Of a stretch of DNA of 13,079 bases, positions 1-8,435 are shown one piece after another; the first letter of the stretch is position 1; every line of letters starts with the position of its first letter. The stretch is from contig JAKMXF010000148.1 in assembly GCA_024704765.1 (NCBI GenBank), positions 1-13,079 of the forward strand, in the 5' to 3' direction. The notes below the pieces were generated by a model. It had not been told where the DNA came from and made no database searches. It was given only the letters and a program-made list of their open reading frames with translations. Origin of the DNA: Oopsacas minuta. Lineage: Eukaryota > Animalia > Porifera. A program made the position numbers and the translations under genes.

Positions 1-243
1 GTAACTGCATAGCTGATATCTTGATATGCTAAGAATAATTACAAGTTCTTCGTATACGGTTTGCCTTGTTTAGGAATCAAAGTCGGTTACTCTAATATCT
101 TCTAATCTTGTATATTTAAAATCTTTCCCGCATATTACAAGCAATTTCCCTTCATCGTGCACTTTCCCGAGGAGTTCAGATCCACCACGTATCTCTTATA
201 ATTGGCTTATTCCCTTGAGCTTCGTCATAATGAGAAATAAGTA

Positions 244-381
244 CAGTCAAACTTCCATTATATAGAAGCTCAAGCGATCACAAAAATTCTTTCGATATAA
301 TCAATGATATATATATATATGTTACTTTGACGGTTTGGGGCCTTGTACAATTTAATAATTTGATATAACAGGAGTTGACTG
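244..381. mobile_element. Non-autonomous Tc1/pogo (Tigger-like) MITE, 138 bp
   Basis: Left end TA|CAGTCAAACTTCCATTATAT at 242-263. The right end read on the minus strand is TA|CAGTCAACTCCTGTTATAT (TA at 382-383). Imperfect TIRs starting CAGTC and flanked by TA match pogo/Tigger termini. Internal (AT)7 at 307-320. Ends 29 bp before the WASP ATG. Confidence 0.7.
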
Positions 382-410
382 TATATGTTGAAATAATAAT
401 AGCAATTACA

Positions 411-2046
411 ATGAGTCAACAACGAAACAAGCCTAAGGATACGAATCAATCCTCAAAGCTATTGTCACTAGCAGAGAATAATACAGTGTTTGAAATACTC
501 GGACAAAGGAGGATAACTAAGGCTACAGCTGTTGTCCAGATATACTTTGCCAATCAATCTCCATCTCAATGGGCTAAGCAACACACTAGTATACTTTGTT
601 TCGTAAAGGTTAGTTTATTATTAATATCTCAGTAATTTCCCCGTCTCATCGTGTATGGTAGGCTTCATATATGCTATGTTTGTAGGATAACGTGAAGAGA
701 TCTTACTATCTAAGGATGGTAGACATCAATGGACGTACTATCTTATGGGAACACGAGCTCTACTACCAAATATCCTATATGCAGGATAGGAAACAATTTC
801 AATCATTCGCGGGGTAGGATTACATGATAGGATTCAATTTTGCTGATCCTGAGGAAGCTCATACTTTTTATGAGGCTGTTATGGTTAAGATCGAGGAGTA
901 TAAGAAGAAATTAACTGCTAAGAATAATCCAGGTTACTTCCTCGATAAATTACACACAGTATAACTCAGATGAGACGTACTCCTTTGTGTAGTGCTTATT
1001 ATTCGAGTTCTATTTTAGTGTGCAACTTCCATAAATTGAATGCTAGTGACCCCGAAAGATGCTACCACTTTTGTGGAAGTTCATTTGTGTGGGATTAGGA
1101 ATTCGCTCTATTTATTTGTTACTTCGTTTCAGAAGTTCCCCGCTTCCACAAACCCCGTTTGTGGATAGGAACACATTCGTCTGAACTCTGAATACTTCTA
1201 CAATTCGGATTTACACGAATTATATTGTTCTCTATTTATCTTTAAGGTGTCTCAGCTCCGCGTCCAGCTCCTGATTCCGGGATTAGCGCCCCCACTCAGA
1301 TGCCTAACAACGGAAGAGGAGGAGGAAGCTACGGTTCCGCTGTTACTCATTTGACAGTCGTCCTAGTAAAAAGAAGAAAGGGAAAGGACTAACGAAAGAA
1401 GATATTTCAGCTCCGAGCAATTTCAAACATCTAGCTCATGTAGGTTGGAACTCACAGGCTGGAAGCTTTGATTGGAATAATATCCAAGACGATAGATGGA
1501 AGAATTTATTCGCAGAAGTTGCTGGAATGGTAGTTATGGAATATTCTAGAACAAATATGTGTGTCTATTTTATGATTTGTGCTGTGACAGATTGGGCAGT
1601 GTGATCTAGACAAGGATCAGGTACAGTTGATATACGATATGGTAGAGTGGAAAAGAGGAATAGAAGCAACTCCCAGGGACATTGTAGAGAGACGAAACAC
1701 CATGAGACGAACTGATCCGCCGCCGCCTACTTCCGGAAAAGGATGATTTGCAAAGGATCCAGCTCCTCCACCTCCCCCTCTAGGGGGTCGTAAGGAGAAC
1801 ATGCCCCCTCCACCCCCTAGAGGAGTAGATGCCCCTCCAATTCCAGAGAACCATCCATCCCAACGAGGCCTCAGAGGACCGGCTCCCAGCTCCCCCTCCT
1901 GATATGCCTATCGACTACCCCAAGTTCGTCAAGGCTGCTCCTGCTGGCCAAACGAAGGGATCTGGACCTCCCTCTGATACCGGGGGTCCACTTCCACCTC
2001 CTCCATCCAATGCCAAACCTATAGGCAATCTGCTGGACAGTATACA
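411..2046 (+). pseudogene. WASP: Unprocessed WASP/N-WASP pseudogene. Inferred exons 411-608, 686-932, 1247-1529, 1591-2046
   Basis: Spliced translation gives the WH1 domain (SSKLLSLAENNTVFEILG...AVVQIY...CFVK|DNVKRSYYLRMVD...LWEHELY...FAG*DYMIGFNFADPEEA), a basic patch KKKKGK, the CRIB motif ISAPSNFKHLAHVGW (1404-1448), LIYDMVEWKRGIEA, polyproline runs and the WH2 start NLLDSI. All introns are GT-AG. Lesions: TAG 815-817, -1 frameshift near 1340-1345, TGA 1744-1746, +1 frameshift near 1885-1887. No exon for the rest of WH2/C/A was found after the donor at 2047. Exon 2/3 boundaries are less certain. Confidence 0.88.
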
Positions 2047-2119
2047 GTAAGTTAACTAGTTTTTACTGTGACAACTATTTACGATATTGTAGCTATAGTA
2101 GTATATCGGTAGATACTCG

Positions 2120-2244
2120 TATATATGTTATGGGCAATATGAGAAATTGGGCATTATGCATAATGTCCAGGCAATATGCATAATGCTACTTTTTTAGTCA
2201 ATATGCATAATGCCCAATTTCTCATATTGCCCATAACATATATA
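2120..2244. mobile_element. Foldback/MITE-like element with 43-bp perfect terminal inverted repeats
   Basis: 2120-2162 (TATATATGTTATGGGCAATATGAGAAATTGGGCATTATGCATA) is the exact reverse complement of 2202-2244. The motif TATGCATAATG occurs three times. Both ends are TA-rich, so a TA TSD is possible. Confidence 0.8.
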
Positions 2245-2249
2245 TTAGT

Positions 2250-2600
2250 GACTACCTAGACCTTAACAACAACAGCATTCAGATTCTCTCCATAAACCTT
2301 CATAAAGGTTCTCAGTTTGGTAGTGATATTATAGAAAGACTATATGATATGAAACTCAATAATGACGATATTTTGATACTGGATAAGTCGAATTCTTGTC
2401 TTCACATTTTCAACAAAGATCTAGTTCTACAGAAGAGTATCATTTCAATATGAGAGGTAGACCAAGTGATATTTCCCAGGTTCTTATTTCTAGACCGCTC
2501 TGATATTATTCTGATTTCATATAATGAGTCAAATAGTATTCTTATTTCAATTCTCCATTAGAATTTCCAATGGGACTTACTGTAAATGATAAAGATATAA
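2250..2600 (+). pseudogene. Decayed, 5'-truncated NHL-repeat gene fragment (C-terminal blades)
   Basis: Frame from 2250 reads DYLDLNNNSIQILSINLHKGSQFGSD...DMKL...ILDKSNSCLHIFNKDLVLQKSIISI*EVDQVIFPRF..., which aligns to NRIQILSKELTYKTQFG...DVKL...ILDRSN.CLHLY...KSIISKGDGLQAIYPYF of the intact paralogs. TGA at 2451-2453 replaces a Gly, there is a frameshift near 2545, and an internal deletion precedes PMGLTVND. Confidence 0.85.
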
Positions 2601-2917
2601 ATAATGTGTCGAAATTGGTAGAAATATTTACAGATTTTCTAATTCTGTGAGAAGTAGTTTCTACTTTTGAATAGCCAAATTATATTGTATGTTACTTGTT
2701 TGTACAAAATAATTTTGTAAGGGGAGTTATATATGATATAAGGGAATCATTACAGGGACATCGCTAGGAGTTTTTACCTAGGGGGCAATAAATTTACAGG
2801 AGATTCATAGTTACCAGAGAGTAAGACGAGGGGAAATTGTTTTTATGGGTTTAGCAGGAGGCATCCTCAGTGGTGTATCTATAGATTTTTAGTTGGGTAT
2901 AACTGTTCAGCTGGGCC

Positions 2918-3232
2918 ATGGCGTCGTGTGGCTTTGAATCTGGTTTGCAACAAGTTCTTGGTGAGGCTCCATGGGCGTTGTATACAATCAGTAAGGTCGC
3001 CGAGGGAAACCATCTCAAGAAATATTGTTTGGTTTGCGATTAGCCCAGAAAGTTGACATTTTGCTTGTTCCTTGGAGTAATAATGAAGAACTCGGTAAAT
3101 ATTGGATGGCCCGGCACCCAGTTACATTTAACACAACGGCACTGTAGCTGGAGTCTGGGAGCGCTTTAAGTCTTCCAGTGGACTATTGCAATCGGGACGT
3201 AGTCCTTGGACAACCAGCAATATATGCTACAC
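2918..3232 (+). pseudogene. Unidentified protein-coding relic
   Basis: gccATGG start at 2918 reads MASCGFESGLQQVLGEAPWALYTISKVAEGNHLKKYCLVCD, then TAG 3041-3043. A -1 shift continues LAQKVDILLVPWSNNEELGKYWMARHPVTFNTTAL*LESGSALSLPVDYCNRDVVLGQPAIYATP (TAG 3145-3147). GC is higher than the flanks. No family recognised. Confidence 0.35.
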
Positions 3233-3702
3233 CGTTAATTATTTTCTATTGTTTCGTTGGTTAGAAATTGATACAATTTCTCATAACTGTATAAACATAA
3301 TTGGTTTGGTATATTTCACCATATACTATATATGAAAAGCTGAATACATTTGGTCAGATAATACTAGAGATTACATAATATTGAGGGAAAATTGCAAGCG
3401 AAGCGAGCCGAAATGTTACAGTCTGCCAATCGAGTCAAAGGGATGACATCTATGCCTCCCCGTTGCCACGTCTCTGGAGTTGCTTAGTAAAGGGAAGGAA
3501 TCGTATATGAGAAATCCCTCGTGGGAATAGCCCTAGGAATTCGGTGTTAATGGAAATCAAATGTAAAACCCATTTCAAACCATATGTGTCTTTATGCATT
3601 GCTTGGGAGAACTAGTTAGGACGGACAGACTGAATATTTGGGTACAGATCTAATCCGCCCTGAAATATACTTTACAATCACATATATATGAATGTCAGCG
3701 AA

Positions 3703-3873
3703 AGCAGAATATACTGTATTCTATTTAAATTCATTTAGTTATAGAAATTTGATATCTCTCTGTATAGGTCTCTGTATTGATTTGTATTTATAGTTAGAGC
3801 TCATTACTTATAGTCAAATAGATAAGTTATATTATGTGAATTGTTTCATTATTCTAGTTACAGAACTGAACTA
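3703..3873 (+). repeat. Upstream non-coding flank of NHL gene 1, duplicated in inverted orientation at 9285-9455
   Basis: Manual alignment shows 5 mismatches in 171 nt and no gaps. Contains acceptor-like TTACAG ending at 3863. Confidence 0.92.
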
Positions 3874-4725
3874 ATGGCTACAGCTAATACTTTAGAGAGA
3901 ATAGTCTCTGTAGACTATAAGAGCAAGATACAACCTATAGTCAGTGTTTGTATATGGGGAGAGGGGCTAGAAAATCTCTGCGAACCTAAAGGAGTAACTA
4001 TTGATAATTCTACAGGAGATATCTATGTAGCAGATAGTGGGAATAATTGTGTGAAAGTGTTCGATTGTAATGGTAAGATTGTGTTTAAATTTGGAGATGA
4101 GGAAGGAGAAGGAAAGATGAATGGTCCAACTGGGATAGCTATATGTAGAGATAGAATTCTAATTACACAAAGGAACGACTGTATTCTGAATTATCATGTG
4201 AATGGAGAGTTTATTTCCAGAATAGGGAAACCTGGAAGAGGAGCATTGGAATTTGATTTTCTTCGTGGTCTGACATTTGATGAATCTAACGGAGAGGTAT
4301 ATATATGTGATTCTGATAATAATCGTATTCAGATACTGTCCAAAGAACTTACCTACAAGACACAGTTTGGGCGATATAACCTCAAATTTCCTGTTGATGT
4401 TAAACTTACAAAACAATTCATTTATATTCTTGATCGATCTAATCGTTGTCTTCATCTGTACGACTACAATCTCATTTTACATAAAAGTATTATTTCTAAA
4501 TTTCTAGATAAATTACAGATGAATTATCCATGGTTCTTCTGTATCGACAATTCTAACAATATTCTTACTACAAATTTTACTTCTCACTATATTTGCATTT
4601 TCAACCCTCAATTAGAATTTACACACAAGATATCAAAAGCTTATCCTACCGGTATTACAGTAGATAACAGAGGAAGAGTTATTGTAGTTTGTGATGGAGG
4701 TCCACATCATCTCAATATATATTGA
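3874..4725 (+). CDS. Stand-alone NHL-repeat (six-bladed beta-propeller) protein, 283 aa; TRIM71/Brat-like NHL without RING, B-box or coiled coil
   Basis: Intact ORF from ATG 3874 (MATANT). Recurrent NHL motifs include PKGVTIDNSTGDIYVADSGNNCVKVFD, GPTGIAI, RGLTFDESNGEVYICDSDNNRIQIL and PTGITVDNRGRVIV. The track's TTG start at 3841 is probably not the real start. An upstream coding exon joined via the AG at 3862-3863 cannot be excluded. Confidence 0.9.
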   Translation: MATANTLERIVSVDYKSKIQPIVSVCIWGEGLENLCEPKGVTIDNSTGDIYVADSGNNCVKVFDCNGKIVFKFGDEEGEGKMNGPTGIAICRDRILITQRNDCILNYHVNGEFISRIGKPGRGALEFDFLRGLTFDESNGEVYICDSDNNRIQILSKELTYKTQFGRYNLKFPVDVKLTKQFIYILDRSNRCLHLYDYNLILHKSIISKFLDKLQMNYPWFFCIDNSNNILTTNFTSHYICIFNPQLEFTHKISKAYPTGITVDNRGRVIVVCDGGPHHLNIY

Positions 4726-4862
4726 TAATTTCTATTTTACTAATATATTCATTCAATCATTCATGTTTCCTTTAGGATAATTATTTTGTTATATTTGAAC
4801 AAATAATACTCTTTCCATATTATGTATTATTCCTTGTTGTTTAGAGCAGGGGTTCTTAACCT

Positions 4863-4920
4863 TTTGTCCCTTCGCCACCCTTTTATACCCAATTTGTCCT
4901 TACGCCCCCCTTTTATAACC
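4863..4920. repeat. Subterminal tandem repeat of the hAT element (two ~28-bp units, 30-bp period)
   Basis: TTTGTCCCTTCGCCACCCTTTTATACCC (4863-4890) and TTTGTCCTTACGCCCCCCTTTTATAACC (4893-4920). The CGCCCCCC core recurs next to the other TIR at 7064-7071. Consistent with transposase-binding sites. Confidence 0.7.
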
Positions 4921-5035
4921 ATTAAATAATTATACCACCTTGACTTTGAAATCTATTTGTTAATACATATGTATTTCACTATAAGGATACTGCTTTGATC
5001 AATCGAGTATCTAATTAACTGATGAGGTAAATTAT

Positions 5036-6816
5036 TCAATGTGATTGTTGAATCTGTTTTTTAGCAACAATGTTTTTAATCCCTGGAGTTGTTTCTGAGA
5101 GGGCACAACGTAGGTCAGCTTCTACAAACATCCTGCTTCGATATTTACTCTTAATGAGCACTAATGTTGAAAATCTTGTCTCACAGAGATAGGTTGAGGA
5201 AAATTGTACGAGGACACGCAATGCTAGCTGGCTGAGATCAAGGTACATTGGCAAATACTTAACCCAGAACTTCTCCAATGATAGATTGTTAAAATCATCC
5301 ATTGCAGAGGAGTTATGCTTCATGTCTAAAAACTCTTCTTGCAAGACCTCAGGAACATTACTCACATCTGTGAGAAAAGGATTTCTGATCAGTTTCCATT
5401 CCGGCCTCTCTTCTTGAATATCCGGGAAATATCGAAGGAATTCATTTCTAAGGATGTCAAGATGTATTCGAATTGATTCATTAACGTTCTTATTCAGCTC
5501 TTTACCTTTGAGTGCTTCATCAAGGTGTGGGAATGATGCTGTATTTTTGTTCAAAATTCGATACTTCCACAAATCCAGCTTTGCAATGAAGGCACGGATG
5601 GCATCGTAATGACAAATGATATTGCTTTGTCTACCTTGCAGCTTGCGGTTAAGTGTGTTCAACGCCTCAAATATGTCAACAAGATAGGCTAAAGAAACCC
5701 CAAAGTCTTTTGAATGTAAAAGTGCAAGTAGGTTAAACTTCATCTGATTTTCAAGAAATACTTCCACCTCATCTTTCAACTCAGAAAACCTTTCCAACAT
5801 GTTTCCTTTTGATAGCCAGCGGACACTCGTATGGAATAATAATGTTTCGTGGTCTGCTCCTATATCACGACACAGCTGTGCGAACAATCGAGTGTTCAGT
5901 GCACTTGTCTTTATTAAATTTACAATCTTGATCACTGCATTTAGTGAATCCATCAGTTCTACAGGGAGGGTCTTTGCAGCCAGTGCTTCACGATGAATGA
6001 TGCAGTGGGTTCCCACAGCCAAAGAATTTTTCTTTTTGACTTTTGTAATGAACCCAGAACGCGATCCAATCATCGCAGGAGCTCCATCTGTACATATACC
6101 AACTAATTTATCCCAAGGAAGATTGTTTTCATCAAAGAAATAGGATAACACTGCAAGAATATCATCAACCTTTGTAGATGTTTCTAGTGGGTAACAAAAT
6201 AACATCTCTTCCTCCAGAGTTTCATTTCCAATGAAACGTACATGAACAAGTAACTGAGAACACTGTGATACATCCGTTGTCTCGTCACATTGGATTGCAA
6301 AGAAGGGCGAATGTTTGACCTTCTCTACTACCTGGATTTTTATATCATCTGCTAATTCATCAATCCGAAATTTGACAGTTGAGTCGCAAAGAGAAATTTT
6401 GGATAGTTTTTTGGCGCTCTCCTCACCAAGAACAAACTTTGCTGCACTCAGAATACAAGGCTTCAATAGGGATTCGCCGATGCTATGTGGTTTTTTTCCT
6501 CTCGCAATTAATAGTGATATTTCATGTGATGCTTCCAATATACCAGCTGAATCGCGACGAAATCACCACTATCGCCCAAATTTCATTCGTTTCAATGATG
6601 ACAGCTTTGTGGAGAAGTAAATTATAGGCTTGTCGACCAACTCTGGATTATTACTAGTCAAATGTCTCTCTAATCGTGTAGGACGCATCGCATCATTACT
6701 AAGAGTTTTATAACACACGACACATTGCGGTACTTCATCACTATCTAGGTTGATAAAGTAAATCCATACTTGATATAATAATCCAGAGATTTTCTCTTTT
6801 TAGCACTGCTAGCCAT
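5036..6816 (-). pseudogene. hAT transposase (ZBED8/FAM200/SCAND3-like), ~593 codons, frameshifted near the N-terminus
   Basis: Catalytic core is intact in the 500-codon ORF 5036-6538: QCDETTD, CTDGAPAM, HCIIHRE, VRWLSKG, YLCETRFS, C-terminal KQIQQSH. Probable start ATG 6816 (MASSAKKRKSLDYYIKYGFT), followed by a -1 shift near 6755-6757, then INLDSDEVPQCVVC...RLERHL. Compensating +1/-1 shifts near 6578-6580 and 6560-6562 give TAG/TGA in frame. Confidence 0.9.
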
Positions 6817-7593
6817 GGCTAAATTGTAAAATTATTGAATAAGTAGAGGGCTGTAAATACAGGTTAGGGATGTCTAAATTGTCTATAGAATATATACACA
6901 CTGTAAACGAGGTGGTTAGTTGTCCCTTTAAAATCAGAATCTAAATTCACATCATGGACGATACTCGAAGCACCAAACTTCAAATTTAAGTACTAGACAA
7001 GCAAAAATTTAATGATTTATACACTTGAAAAAATCAAAATGAAAAATTCGAAATCAAATGCCACGCCCCCCTGGTTAAGAACCCCTGGTTTAGAGGATGC
7101 CAATACGCAATAAGACCGGACTATCCATTGATTTCTAGTTTTGCGATTAAAGTTCGTCCTTTAGGGAGATTCACAGTGTTATTTTGCCAAAAGACGAAGT
7201 GTGATGATACGCTCCCAGTTCATCATTAAAGGTAATCTATTTCTTATAAAACGTCTCCAGGATAGAAGTAAGACCCGTGGACGCCCCAAAACACCACTGG
7301 AGATGCTTTAAGGATTAACAATTCAACTCTGACCTGATATTACCTTTTGTATCACATTGTTACTGCTTTTATTATTAAACACAATGCATTAAAGTAACAC
7401 GCTTCTTTTATGATTCAGGAGAGGAAGGTGAAGCAGCGGTAATTCTAGAAGCAGTGAGCTCCTATATAATTGCAAAGAATTTACAAATTTCATTGTTATT
7501 CTGTATGAACTTTAGTATTCTTGTTATACAAATTTGATGCTAAGACACTTTTGCATAATTGTTAGATTAAACCCTAATTACTTCAAATGCAAA

Positions 7594-7635
7594 TCTATAT
7601 TATTAAATCTCTATTGTTGTCTGTTTGTTTGTTCG
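7594..7635 (+). mobile_element. Probable 5' end of a non-autonomous Helitron
   Basis: A|TCTATATTATTAAATCTC followed by GTCTGTTTGTTTGTTCG. This 5'-TC start plus GT(C/T)T microsatellite pattern is typical of small Helitrons. No 3' hairpin/CTRR identified. Confidence 0.4.
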
Positions 7636-7915
7636 TTGTCAAGGAAAGGATCTAGGGTATGCAATTTGAAGTTGTAGCATAACTATGTGTTTATCGTGTC
7701 CATCAAGGAAGTAACTATAATTCAATAAAAGTTAACTGAATATATCGAACATGCTGAATCCGATTTTCACACTTTGAGATTCATCATATGTAAATTTATT
7801 GCTATTCATATGAATATAAAGTAAAGAAATTTCAAATTGTTGTTGAAACATGATTTCATTTGTTATACTGGGGTAATCGAGTATGCTGAGTCCGAATATG
7901 ATATTGTAAACACCA

Positions 7916-7961
7916 TCTATATTATTCAAAATGAATAGTCGTTTGTCTGTTTGTTTGTCCG
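7916..7961 (+). mobile_element. Second probable non-autonomous Helitron 5' end
   Basis: A|TCTATATTATTCAAAATGAATAGTCGTTTGTCTGTTTGTTTGTCCG shares TCTATATTATT and GTCTGTTTGTTTGT with the copy at 7594. 3' end not located. Confidence 0.4.
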
Positions 7962-8096
7962 TTAATATGTAAATATATTGTTGTTTTTATGAATAGGCTT
8001 TCTCTCAACGGGCACAAATGGGGTTGATCTTACAAAATAATTCAATAACATATAAGCCATATACGTATATTTGTGAATTATATTGTTCTAAATATA

Positions 8097-8201
8097 TCTA
8101 TATATAATACTCAAAGGGTTCGTCAATTTTGAGAATAATGCATACCTCGAGACGCAATACGCCGAGTTCATTGCGAAGCGACGAGCCAAAGGCTCATCTA
8201 A
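8097..8201 (+). mobile_element. Miniature non-autonomous Helitron, 105 bp
   Basis: Starts TC (TCTATATATAATACTC) after A8096 and ends CTAA (fits CTRR) before T8202. Subterminal hairpin GAGCC-AAA-GGCTC at 8183-8195. No TSD. Confidence 0.6.
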
Positions 8202-8435
8202 TGTAAATCTGAAAGAATGAATTGGAGTGCGCTCCATTTTGACATGAGCGGGCCCGAGTTTGCACCTTGTCTGAGTAAGGAGCAGAGGTGGGGTCGCGCT
8301 CCAACAATTGAAGAGCGTTAAAGCTCTGTATTTGATAGGATATTCTACATATAGTTTGTTTAAATGCAACAAAATAGTTATTCTATAAAGGAAACATAAA
8401 TAAAGGTATGAAAATTCGTACAATTGAAAAATATA

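Larger units (their letters stand above)
4847..7087 (-). mobile_element. Full-length hAT DNA transposon (Buster/Charlie-type), 2241 bp
   Basis: Perfect 15-bp TIRs CAGGGGTTCTTAACC at 4847-4861 and 7073-7087. Perfect 8-bp TSD GTTTAGAG at 4839-4846 and 7088-7095, with the central TA typical of Buster targets. Internal transposase on the minus strand. Confidence 0.97.

Noticed and set aside
375-410. TTG start and N-terminal extension of track ORF 375-635
   Set aside because: TTG lies in the MITE TIR. The WASP-like sequence begins at ATG 411, and the ORF tail after 608 is intron.
1132-1160. Possible WASP mini-exon (SSPLPQTP after a TTTCAG acceptor)
   Set aside because: The proline-rich frame needs phase 2, but the best upstream donor (933) is phase 1. 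No convincing donor follows.
1617-1802. Minus-strand Gly-rich ORF
   Set aside because: Antisense shadow of the WASP polyproline exon.
2753-3476. Possible hAT-type MITE ends (CAGGGACATCGCTAGG at 2753, CAGTGGTGTATCTATAG at 2868, CCCCGTTGCCACGTCTCTG ending 3476)
   Set aside because: The termini are too degenerate and neither left end shares an 8-bp TSD with the right flank. Probably old fragments; boundaries unsupported.
4159-4507. Track ORFs 4159-4455 (-) and 4277-4507 (+), with counterparts 8522-8851, 8703-8993 and 8424-8681
   Set aside because: Alternate-frame or antisense shadows of the NHL genes. Their recurrence follows from the duplication.
5799-6627. Plus-strand ORFs 5799-5996, 6315-6620 and 6379-6627
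   Set aside because: Antisense to the transposase, with no recognisable domains.
7140-7340. RGRPKT motif suggesting a LINE 3' end or AT-hook
   Set aside because: Single short motif in stop-ridden frames, with no supporting RT or endonuclease signature.
7732-8423. Track ORFs 7732-7929 and 8088-8423 (-)
   Set aside because: They span AT-rich repeat and Helitron-like fragments and show no domain features.
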